A stretch of 64,000 nt of DNA, taken from the NCBI GenBank assembly GCA_033442325.1, contig JAWQFM010000016.1, positions 130,097 to 194,096 of the forward strand. Direction: 5' to 3'. Below the pieces are notes generated by a model. The model saw nothing but the letters and a program-made list of their open reading frames with translations, was not told the DNA's origin and did not search any database. Numbering within the stretch: the stretch's first letter is position 1; every line of letters begins with the position of its first letter. Origin of the DNA: Salpingoeca rosetta (taxonomy: Eukaryota > Protista > Choanoflagellata). Of this stretch, positions 39,112 through 52,100 are shown piece by piece. The position numbers and the translations under genes are program-made.

Positions 39112-40085
39112 CACACACACACACACAGCGCTCATGAACTCACCAACTCGCCAGCTCACTCGCCAGCTCTCGCCCATCACCTCACTTCACCTCACCTCAG
39201 GTGCTTGAGGTGCTATCGACGGTGTGTCTGTTCGGCGACGTTGCTGTGCGCAAGAACCAGAATTACATATGTGACGGTCTCGTCAGGGCTGCGCAGCACC
39301 ACCTCGGTACACCGCCGTCTTGCGTGCATTGATATGTGTGTGTGTGTCTGTGTATGTTGTGCGTGTATGTGTTTGTGTGTGTGTGTGTGTGCGTACGTGC
39401 GTGTATGTGTGTGGTGTGTACGTGTGTGTGTGTGTATGTGCGTGCGGTATACGTTTTGTCTGGTCCTTCCGTTTCACCCCAATTGGTTACTTCATTCATT
39501 CTCCCTGACACCTTGCTTTACCGCCACTGCCGCCACAATGCCCCTCCCCCTTTCCATCACGACAAGTACTACCATCGCTTGTGCCCCGCGTGCGCTGCTT
39601 CCGCGCGTCCGCGTGTGTGAAGTGCATCCCTCTTGACGACGACGCCGGCGGTGGAACAACCGGTTATCCAAAATGGTGCGCGCAGCTGCATATGTGTATG
39701 CATGGAACTTGATGTGTGTGAAATGTGTGTGTGTGTGCATGTGTGTGTGTGTGTGTGTGTGTGACTGCGTCCACAAGTGTATGAAGCGACCGCGAGCGCT
39801 TCAAATGTGTCCCATCGCTTACGCCTGTGTTCCTTGTTGCACAGGTACTTTGAGGTTGAAGTTACCGGTGTGCACTCCTCACGCGCCGGCCTGCGGGTTG
39901 GATGGGCAACCAACGGTACGATCGAAGCCGCCGATGCTGATGCGGTGGTAGTAGTAGTGGTGGTCGTCGTCGTTGTACGTGTGCGCTGCTTGGCCTGACT
40001 CTTCCACTTCCGCGTCAGTTCTTGGTGCTGGTGCGCGTAACCACACACCCACCCACCCACACACACCCACACACACACACCCACA

Positions 40086-40147
<62 letters not shown>

Positions 40148-42996
40148 TTTCGCTCCATGCAGACTATCGTGACGAGTCATCGGTTGGGGTTTTGCCTGGA
40201 GATGACATCTTCTCCTGGACATTCAATGGAACAAATCTCCACCACGGCGGACGCACGTTCCGCTCAACACACACGCTCGCGGCTCTCAAGCCAGGTGCAA
40301 CAGAAAGAGGAGCATGGGATAGATTGACGGAGCAGCAGAAACACTTGTTGTACAGCACACACCACCTTGCGTACATTTTTTTTGGGGGGGGGGGTTGATT
40401 TTCGTTTGTTTGCATGACGCATGCCCGGGTCGCATCAAGTGCACGGTGGTTCATCGTGCTCCTCTTTAACTCGGGTCATTTTGTGCTCATCTCCATGTTT
40501 TCGCCGTCGTGCTTGCATGCAGGGGATGTGTTTGGGTGTCACGTGGACCTTGAGGAAGGACTGATGCATTTCACCATCAATGGCAGAGAGATTGCCACGC
40601 ACTTTTCAAACATCATGCTCAAAGGTGCTTCCTTTCGTGCCCCTGTGTTGTGTTGTGTTGTGTGTGTGTGTATGTGTGTGTGTATGTGTGTGTGTATGTG
40701 TGTGTATGTGTGTAAAGAAGAAGTCATGTTTGGCCCCTGCTGCTTTGCGCCTTGACATCCGACACGATTCATCAGCTTTCAGTACTGCCACATGTCCTCA
40801 CCACGTACCTCCCACCACGACTTGACACCACCAATCTATCTCGGTCAGATGTGGGCTTGTTCCCAATCGCTTGTGTGGACGAAGGGGTGTCGCTTGTCTT
40901 CCGTCTTGGATCAGATGCAAGCCCACTCAAGCACGCGCCGAAGGACGGATACTCACGTATGAATGGACACTCGTGCAATTGTGTGTGTTCATGTGTGTAC
41001 GCTCGTGTGTGTTTGTTCAAGTTCACACTGAGCTCACAATGCGAGGCCGTTTTCTCACACTCAACTGTTCTTTCCCACTTATATTAACACACACATTCAC
41101 ACACACACACAGCTGTCAGCGAGGCGGTGATTGACGCAGCCGACCTTGCTGTTGGCCCCGTGACCGCGACTGCAACCATTGCAAACCACATTGGGCACAT
41201 CCACCTCGCCCAGCCAACAGCAACACACCTCCCACAGGTGCTGTGCAAATGTCGTTAGTGTTGCTGGTGCTGCTGGTGGTGGTGCTGAGAGCGAGCTGTG
41301 TTGACGTGGGGTGTGCTGAACACCGTGCTGCTGTCATCTCCTGTTCACGTGTTCTCTCACTCGCGCGATTATGCCTCCACCCCCTACCCCTCCCCCCTTC
41401 CTCTGCCTCTGCTGTGTTTGATGTTCTTGTCAGGCCACAACTGGGCGGTTTTTCCTGCAGAAGAAGAAGGCGCCCGAGTTTCGCCTGGAGATTCTGCAAG
41501 GATCAACCATGATTGCATCCATCCCCATCAAGTGCGTGCTGTCCTCGCTGTGCAACTACGCAACCACACACACACGTCTCATGATGTTAAACAGGCGTTG
41601 ACGCTTGGGGGTTTCTTCTCACTCACTCACTCACTCACTCACTCACTCACTCACTCACTCACTCACTCACTCACTCACTCACTCACTCACTCACTCACTC
41701 ACTCACACATACATTCACTCACGCACGCACGCCACATGTGCGCACATTCACCCACACGCACACCACATGTACTGACATTATTCCTCCCATTGCTTCAGGC
41801 GGGAGGAAGATGTGCCCGCACACCGCCGGCGGCAGTGGGCGAATGCCACGCGAACACATCCACTTCGCATCATCCGTTGCCGCACCCTTGTGAGTCACCC
41901 AAGACCCTGTTGATTGTATTGCTTGTTGCAATCGATCACACGCACGCACACACACGCACACATGTTCATACACTTGCATGTTTGCATGCACAAATACACT
42001 CACCATCTCATGCACACACACATACACAGGACACGATTGGGTTTCAAGTGCGGGGTCCGGACAACGAGTTGCAGCAGATTTACACGTCCGAAGAAGCGCT
42101 GTACACATACACATGCAGGGTGAGACGCAGAGCCACCACGTCGAGCTGTGTGTCTCATGCTGACTGTACGCGCTGTCTGTTGTTGAATTTTCTACGTGAT
42201 GATGTTCCGGTGTACCACGTTCGATTCCACAATGCGAGACACAGTCACAATTTTCACTCACACACACATTCACACAATCACACACACAATCACAATCACA
42301 CACACATTCACGCAATCACACACACATTCATACACACACACACACACAATCATTCACACACATTCACACAATCACACACACATTCACACAATCACACATT
42401 CATACACACACACAATCACACACACATTCACACAATCACACACACCTCGAGCAGGCGAGCGCGCTGCACAATTCGCTGTCACTGCCGCTCTCCTCCGATG
42501 GTATGCGCATGGCAACCGTGCCCATCGCGTTTGTTGACGTCGACAACACCACCAACGGCAACACCAGCACCAGCACCAGCAGCGAGGGGGATACACACGC
42601 ACTTTCGCGTGCAGGGAACACAGACGCCGATGTGGGTGCGATGACATCAGCAGCGACAACTGCAACGAACACAGCGACTGCCAGTGCGCCGTCTGTTGAC
42701 GGTTTGAGCGCGGCGGAGAAGCGGAATGACGAAATCAACACCGGAATTCTTCTCCTGCACGGGCCGTTCTGTGAAGGCGCCGCAGAGGTGTTTGTGCCAC
42801 GCCCACTCGACACAAGCAGGGTGCGTTGCTGCGGCGTGACGTGTGTTGATCAAACTGTGAGCGGGTGGGCGAGCAGTTGCGTGCATGTGGCGCACATTAT
42901 GTTTTCACGTGTACTCACGTGTGACATTGACGTTGCTGATTTCCATACGATGTTGCGCCCTTGTCACACACAAACACACACACACACACACACGCA

Positions 42997-43050
<54 letters not shown>

Positions 43051-43438
43051 CACGTGCCATCGCTTGTGCAGGTGCAACTGCCCCGTGGACTGCTGGATGA
43101 GGTTGGGGAGCAGCTGGCAGAGAACGTGCACGAGATCTGGTCAAAGGGGAAGATTGAGGACGGGTGGTCGTTTGCGGCCGTTCGTGACGACGGAGCGAAG
43201 AAGCACCCCATGCTGATTCCCTACGATGAGCTCTCAGACTCGGAGAAGGCATATGATCTTGACCTTGCTGTGGAGACTCTCAAAGTCCTTCAGGTGCGAC
43301 GGAAGCGGGGTGGTTCGCTGTCGTGGTGTCTGTCATTATGGAGCAGGTTTCTCTGTCGCACGTGTGTTGGTGTTGTTGCTGAAACATCCGCATGATTGCT
43401 GTCACACAGCCCTGACTGACCCACTCAACCCGCAATTC

Positions 43439-43524
<86 letters not shown>

Positions 43525-46500
43525 TGGACGACCTCGCAAAGACGGCTGCGTTGTTTTACTCTGGCCACGTGCCCCGCTATCTTCCGCTGGACCCGCGGCT
43601 GTACATTGTTGAGCACCAGCTCCACCCGCTCTCCTTCACCATCAAGCAGACGGCACTTGCAGAGCAGTCAGGTCAGCTTTTTCACGCTGTTGGTGGTGGT
43701 GGTGGTGGTGATGTTGTTGTTTGCTGCAGTTGTAGCTCATGCTCGTGCTGAAGTGTTGCTTGTTGTTGCTTCTTATTCTTCCTGTGTTTGATCATGCATG
43801 GTTTTTTGTGTTGCTTGTGGTGCAACTGTCCTCACGTGTGTCTGCACACACATGCGCACACACATACACATGCACACACACGCACACACACATGCACATG
43901 CACACACATGCACACACACACATGCACATGCACACACGTACATCCAACAATATCAGCTGGCATCCTGCCGCAGCCCTCGTTCCGGAGTTCGCTCGGTGTC
44001 CGGTTGAGCGGACTCTCGGGCCGGTTCGCCTTTGCCATCACCTTCAGCGTGGAGGACGACTTGGTGACGAGCTGGTTTGGGCTCACCACCGCCATCTTCA
44101 TGCCAGGCTTTGAAGATGAGAGGTGAGCCCGAGGAGGGGGGGGGGGCGATACCAGATGGAAGCCGCTCGAGAGGGAGGTGGGGGAGGGGAAGATGGTTTC
44201 AACGTGGGTGATTGTAGCTGCACTGCTGGTGTGTCGAGTAATTTTGCGTGACAGATTGCTGTTGATTTGTTCCATGTACGTTGTTGTCTGTACTCACGCG
44301 GCACATGCCTGCCTGCTCAATCCACTCAACAGCAACGCGCGCGTGGTGGTGAAGCATGTGCAGAACACGCAGCAACACCAGCCAAAGCAGCAACAACAAC
44401 AGCAGCAGCAGCAGCAAAAACAGCGGTCGGCTGCGCGTTCTGATCGCAGTCGCGGTCCCCTGACGCGCCTTCAACGCCGGCGCTTGTCGTCCTCTGTGGC
44501 CAGCTCCGCTTCCACGTCAGGCAACACTTCACCGCCAATGGCTGAGGAATCATCAGCACCGTCATCATCATTGTCTTCTTCGTCTCCACCCAACACGCGG
44601 ACGGTGGATGCACGCCAGGGGCTGTTGTTTGAAGGAGCGAGCGTGTTGCGTCATGCAGCTGTTGTTGCAGCCGTGCGAGACCACCGCCCTCTGCGGTTCA
44701 TCATCGAGCTCAACATTGATGCGCGCACGGCGACGCTGTCGCTGGATGGGCGCACGGTTGCAACACGACACATCAGCAACCGCGTGCAGGGTGCCCTGTA
44801 CCCGTTCTGCTCGCTGGATCCAAGCAGACACACTGCGCTTCGCATCGACTTTGCGCCTGAGGGGCTTCTTGCCCCCGTTGGTCCGCTGTCACGGGCAATG
44901 GTGGCCACTGCACTGGACAGCCCAACACCACACGCATACACACGCACCACGTGCAGCACTGATGTCCTGAACACTGGCAGTGGCCATACTGCTCAAGCTG
45001 GTGCCGATGGTGATGGCGGTCGTGGTGGCGGTCGTGGCGATGGTGACGGTGATGATGATGATGATGATGAAGGGGACAGTGGTTTGTTGCTCATCAGCCA
45101 AACGCGGTCCAGCACGGCTGAGGAGAGCACAGGCGACACCATGAACAGCGGCGCAGCTGACGATGAATATGTGTTGCCGCGCAATCTCACGCTGTTCCTG
45201 CTGCGCACAGACGCGTGGGAGCCCGTACACCCACAGCCTTCGCACTCGACAGCAAGAGCAACTGCCGCAGACGTCTTCACGACTGGGCATCAAGCACGCA
45301 GCGGTGGCGATGGCGAGAATTCAGCGCACGGCGGTGGCGATGACGCGGGTGTGTCCGGTGCATGTAAGGTGGTGGACGCGTCGTTCCACTGCCGTGTCGG
45401 CATGGCGGCCGCACGTGCGCTTGTGTTCTCAGTTCCCCTCATGGGGCGGGTTGATGCGCAGTCGCTGTTGGAGGAACCCCGCTTGGCAGAGTACGCGGCA
45501 GAGACCATCAACCTCCTGGGAAAAGTATAACACACGTGCTTGCTTGCTTTTTCGCTTGTTCGCTTAGTTGTGCGAGGGATGTGTTTGTTGCCTATTGGAG
45601 CATGCTGACGTGATGCATGCGTGTACACAAATGTGTATTTGTGTGTGTGTGCGTGTGTGTATGGACATCAGAGGCATGTGTGTGCAGATTGCAACTGTCA
45701 TGCTGTGCTCATCATACGTTCCCACCTCACCCCAACATCGCATGTTCAGGTGTGTGCACACGGTAACGATACCGCCATCCAGCTTGTCTCGCGCGTGTTC
45801 ACGCCAGACATCATGCACGCAACGGTCAGCAGCCAGTACACCGACAGCCGTGTTCGCCTAGCGGCCTGGGACCTCCTCTTTGAAGTGAGTCGATGTGTTC
45901 ATGTGTGCGTGTGTGTGTGTGTGGGTTCATGTACGCGCAAATGGTTGTGCTTTTGTTATTGCGTGTTGTTTTTATGAGATTGCGTTTGTTCTTGGGATGA
46001 CGGGTGTGTGTGTGTGTGTGTTTGTGCGTGTTTGTGTGTGTGTGCGTTTGTGTGCGTGTGTGTGCGTGTGTGTGTGTGTGTAGTTGTTGCGGACAATTGT
46101 GCCACGACTGTGAATGCTCACATGATTCCCCTCCCCCTCTCTCTTGTCCTTCACCACCGTGTTCCCTTCCTGCCACAGATGCACGACTCACGCCGCCACG
46201 TCAATAAAGGCGGCCCGTTCATTGTTCCCTGGCAGGACGACGCAAGCAAACGTAGACGCATGTCACTCCACTCTCTCAAGAAGGTGTGTTGTGCGTTTTG
46301 TTTGGGTGTCTTGTGTTTTTTTTTTTTTTTTTTTTTTGGGGGGGGGGGGGTTGCTGATGTTGCGCGAATCACGTACACATGCGATGGAAACAGCTCACTG
46401 CGTCTTATTACACAAACACACACACACACACACACAACGCACACACACACACACAACGCACACTGTATGTATACACAACATCCATGCACACTCACTGACA

Positions 46501-48838
46501 TACGATCTCGTACATACACGCGCTTGCAGTCACGACAGCTTGAGCAGTTGCGGGTTCAGCGCGACCAGCAAGAACAGCAGCCACTGCGCACAAGAAGAGG
46601 GGCAGCAGCGACAGCGCAGACCAGCCCACAGATGGAATCGTTCTCGTTTGGCATGATGAAACAGGCTGCACTGGATGGACTGAAGCTTGAATTGCTGCGA
46701 GCAACACAGGCAGGCGGCGTGTGCTTTTCGCTGCAGCAGACCATCATTGCACGCCTGCTGCTGGTTTGCAGCCGGTTCATGCGCATGATGCTGTTCGAGG
46801 AGCGAGACATGCTGTGCTTGCTCCGTCTGATTGACGCAACCCGCTTTGCTGGCACCAACAACAGCACCGACAACGCCAACAATGCAAGCTGCAACAACGC
46901 TGGCAACAACAGTGCAAGCAACAACAACGCCGGCAACAGCAGTAGCAGCAATGTGTTGGTGTCAAGCCCTGACATTGGGTTGAACCTCATCGGCGTTGCA
47001 CAGATCAAGGTGGGCAGCATTGCAAACACACTGGCGCATGTTTTGCGTCGGATGTCGTGCGTGTGTGTGTTTTGAAAGTCCTGTGCTGATTGCGTCATGT
47101 GCAACCTCTGCAAGGTGTGTTGGCTCATTTGGTATTGTCGCATCTTAACCCCCACTCTCCTCTTTCGCTGTCCGCTTGGATGTCAAATGCCGCGCAGGGC
47201 CTGAGTGACGCGGTGAAGACGGCGATGGTGGTGTTGTTCCACGACTTTTGCGACATCTTCATGGAGCGGTGGCTGCTTGATCTCGTGTCATGCGGTGTCA
47301 CGTTCCTCTCAACGGCAGCGGACCTGCAGCAGCAGCGCGCACACAACATGCACCTGCACGAATCAAAGCTCGATGTGGAGATGCGCAAGCCCGTCGCACA
47401 ACAGGTGATGTGTTGCGCTGCGTTGCGTCCCAGACACGTGAATTGGCAACAAGATGCATGTTTGACCCACACACGCGCCTTGTCCTGCACATGTCCACAC
47501 GCACACACGCTAACATGCATGTACGCTGAGATGCTCGTACACGCTCTGACACACGTGTACGTGGTGTCTGTCACTCACATACGCGCACGCTCACGATTGC
47601 ATCTCTGTGTGTACAGATTGAAGGGTTTGTTGGCACAAGGGGTGCACCTGTGCGGATGAGCGCTGATGATGGTGGAACAGATGACACACGCGCGCAAATC
47701 AACAGTCAGCGGCTTGTGCTGTGGAAGCAGCTGAAGTCATTCTACTCCACGTGGATCCACCAAGTTCGTTCCCGTAATTGCGTCGCCCTCACATACACAC
47801 ACGCACATACACACATAGAGACACACATATTCGTACAATGCGTTGGTCATCGAGCACACCCACATAAGTATGCACTTTATTCTCCAACTGATGCTCACGC
47901 TAATCAATGTTGCATTTGTGTCGACAGAGAAGCGGGTGGCAGCGGTCGCTTGGCGAGCTCATCACGGACAGCACAACAGCGTGGATGCAGGTGATACGCC
48001 GTGTGCTTCAAACATGCCATTCTCCTCCTTGCCTCGCGCACTCATTTGCTCATTCCCTACATGTCCCTCCTTCCCACAGCCTCGACGCTGCGTGAAATGC
48101 ATGTCTCTGTTCACATCTCACACAACTCCCTCCTCCCTCCCCCCAAAAAACAAAAACAAAAAAATACCAATCTCACTTCCATGTCTACCATCATGTTTCA
48201 AATGATCACCAGGATCCGAGGTCGCACCAGCGCCTGGTGTATCTGTGCTCGTGGCTCCTGTACCGACAGCATAGCACCGTGCAGGAAGCCCTCGACATTC
48301 TGCCCAACTTCTATCTCCTCAGCACCGCGGCGGAGCCCGTGCGCGTGATGGAGATGGTGGAAGAGCTTCACCTTCGCCTCACATGCCTGATGACGGAGGA
48401 GGAAGAGGTCAGGGTCGTCTCGCTGCTGCGTGCACTCACGCGCTCTCCAATCCGCGCCACGCACCCGGACATTCTGCGAAGTCTCGACTGCCACACGCTT
48501 GCTGTGCGCGTCATTCACTATGCTGTTCGCCACGGTAGCGCCGCGCAGCGGTTTGAGCTGGTGCACGCTGCATGTCGCTTTCTCGTGCGGTTCTGTCGCA
48601 CCCACGCCATGTCCGGTAGCATGGGCAACCAGGCAGCCCTCTTCCCCCACTTTACAGGCCTCCTTGACCTCCTCCTCGCCAACCCAGACTACATCTTTGA
48701 CGGTGTGTGTGCGTGCGTGCGTGCGTGTATTGTGTGTGTGTTTGGACTTTGTTCTTGGCGTGTGTGAATACTTGTATTTTGTGTGTGTGTGTGTGTGGGT
48801 GTGCTTGGACTTTGTTCTTGGCGTGTGTGAATACTTGT

Positions 48839-48895
<57 letters not shown>

Positions 48896-49104
48896 CCGTG
48901 CTTTTTTTTTTTGTTTGTTATGTGTATCCCTTGCTCGAGTCAAACATGGCAGACGTCAGCTGACCAACTCGTTGTTTTACAGATGAGGCCTTTGCCGCTT
49001 TGGAGGAAAGTACGTCCGGCAGCGTGCCGTTTGTGGTCGACGTTCTCATCGAGATTGTCAGGTGTGTTCGGGTCGTATGTGTGTGCGTGTGCGAATACCT
49101 TGCT

Positions 49105-49136
<32 letters not shown>

Positions 49137-52100
49137 AGCTTCTTGCTTGTATGTATGTGTGTGTGCATGGCTCTGTTTGTTGTCTCGCCCTCACCCATCC
49201 AACACGTTCCTCCTCTCCTCGTTGTATGTGCAGGGACAACGCGCACCTCTCGTCGCAGGTGCAGCTGGAAACAATCGACCACATCATCGACCTGCTCGAA
49301 GCAAGCCTGTCCTCGGAGGTTGTAGATGGCGAAAAGGTCACCGTCGTCACGTCGTTTGGCAGCAGCCGCCTGCTCTCGCTCCTGAAGCACATTGTCAACG
49401 TGCAGGGCCAGCCACTCGATATCGGCGCATCCATGGTCCTGCGATCACTCACGCGCAAGGTACGCGCGCACGTGGTGCATGTGTATGTGTGCGTGTGTAC
49501 GTGTATGTGTGCATGTGTGTGCAAGTATGCGTGTGTGTGCTTGTGTTTGTATTGAAGTGTATCAGCTGCAATTCCTGCCTCGACGTGTCACAGCTTCATC
49601 TTCCCACTCATGCTCGTGCTGCTGGCACAAACCCGCGTGCTGTGCAGGTGCAATGCCTTCAGCCGGCGTTTGCGGCCAACGCCACGTCTCGCCTCCTGTC
49701 AGAGATGCGCGGACCAGAGACGATTATCACGCCAACCATACGGTGTGTGCTTCGTGCATGTGGGTATTCATATGTGTTCGTGCGTGTGTGCGCAGACATC
49801 AGTACGTAGGCGAACGTTTGTTCGCATGTGCTGTTTGCGTGCGTTTGTAGTCCCGATTCACCATTTTTTGTTCCTCCTCACTCACACTCACACGCACGCA
49901 CACTCACACACTCACTCACTCACTCACACTCACTCACACACACGCACACGTACGCACACACGCGCGCGCGCACTCACGACCTCTCTTCGCAATCCCTCCC
50001 ACGCAACACCATCGCCAGGTACCACGTGGACCTGGTGGAGCTGCTTGCAGCGTGTGCGGAGACGCCTCTGCATGAATTGAGCGCCAGCTCGTCAACAGCA
50101 GCCGTATCTTCAGCATCACGTCGCAGTGGTGTGTCAACGGCAGGTGCCCAGCCTTCGTTTACGACCCGCAATGGTGATGAGAGCAGCAAAACTGCCATGC
50201 TTGCCATGGATGCTGACACTCAGCTTTCAGGCATACCAGGCGTGGCGGGCAAAGCAAAGGCCCACCGCCCGCCGCTGCACTCGCTCTCGTGGCTGAGCAG
50301 CTCAGCACGAGCAACGCCAGTGCCAGGCAGCCAGCCCACAGCGGCAGCAATGCCCACCATCACAACAGCAGGGGCCCGCGGCACTGGGCTCGCCCTGCAG
50401 TCCAAGCTGAACAACCGGAGGGCGGTGGTCTCGTCTGCTGTTCGCTTCCCGCTCACCAAGGCACCATCGCTTGCTGCACATTCACTCAGTGGCGGCGATG
50501 ATGACGACGACTCCCATCATCACCACCACCACCACCAACACGACGGCCCCGCGTCTGGTCAAGACGGCACGTCAGCGGGCTCGGGCAGTGGCAGTGGCGA
50601 GGACAGCGCACAGCAGCAGGGCCAGCAGCATGATGGCCGGGACAAGGGCGAGGCTTCCACGATGAAGTCTGCTGTGCATGCGGTGGCGGCAGCGGCACAC
50701 GAGAGCACGCAGACGGTGCTGCGGACCCTTCTTCCGCAATCTAGCCTTGAAGACATTTTGCGCTCGCCGGTGACCCCGCAGGCCATCAAGACGCCGTTTT
50801 TCAACTTCTTCCTGGCCGTGTTCAAGGTGGTGGACCAGGCACAGCTCTTTGACCTCGTGCGCCACGTCATTCTGCCGGACATTCACGCGGCAATGAAGGA
50901 AATCGATCCCAACGATGGTGACGAGGAGAATGGCAGTGGTCGTGATGGTGCTGACAACACCACCACTGCCACCGCCACTACCACCACCACCACCACATCC
51001 GCAACGACAGCAGGAACAGCAGCATCAGCAACATCAGCACGCACCGCAGCGTCATCGTCGGCAGCGGCACCAGCAGCATCGAGCACTGCAACTGCACAAG
51101 GGGCAGCAACGGGCGAAGGCACAGTCAGCCCGCTGTCTCGCAGCTCCAGCGTGTGCAGCCTGTCATTCTTGGCCATTGCTGCGCAGTGCCCGATCAAGCA
51201 CATGTTCAAGGTCACGCTGCCCTTCCTGTACCGCCACGGTGCCCTGTTTGCCAACAGCGAGGAGTATGCCTCTCTGGTGGAGGACGTGATTACAAACCTG
51301 GTCAAGTGCGCACCGCTCGTCGGCAAGAACCTCAAGCGCACGCGTGACCTGAACCTGTGCGTGTCCACGCTGCTTCGCTACTCCAACCCGCGCTCCCTCG
51401 TGCGGTTCCTCCGCTCTGCCGTGCGCTGCCTGCGCCACGACCTCTTCAGCCCCATGTCACTGTGCCTGCTGCGCGTGCTGCGTGACTTTTACACCGCCCA
51501 CGCAGACTACTACCGTGGTGCGTCGTCCTACACGCCCGTGTTCCGCAGACAGGCCGACACCGACGCGGCTGCACGTGACACAGGCAACTTCCCCTTTGCA
51601 GCAGCGGCGCGCGCTTCCTCCTCGTCACCCGGCCCCAACACATCCGGACAGCAGCAGCCGCTATTGGCGTTTGACATCAGCGGTGGCGGCGGTGACGGCA
51701 GCGGCAGGAGCACGCCGCTGCCCGGACCAGAGGTGTATGGCGTTGCTGGCGATGACTGCATTGAGGTGAGCATGGCTGCGTTTGTGGAGGTGTGGCAAGC
51801 AGCGCTGCACACACATCGCAACCTGGACAAGGCGCCCGCCAACTACACGGATCCGCTGCGCACGCTGGTGCTCGAATGCCTGTCATCCGTGGCGGCTGCT
51901 GTTGGCCCGGCCATGCACACGCAGATGGTGGCTGGCGAGAAGCGGTGGCTGCAGCGCGATCCCCGCGGCCCGTACCGCCCCGCACCGGTTGACACGTCGC
52001 ACATCACCCTGACGGAGGACCTGGAGGCGCTTGTGGACGCTTTTGCCAAGCGCTCGCACGAGCTGTGGGCGCTGGCGAAGATTCGCCAGGGGTGGGCCTA

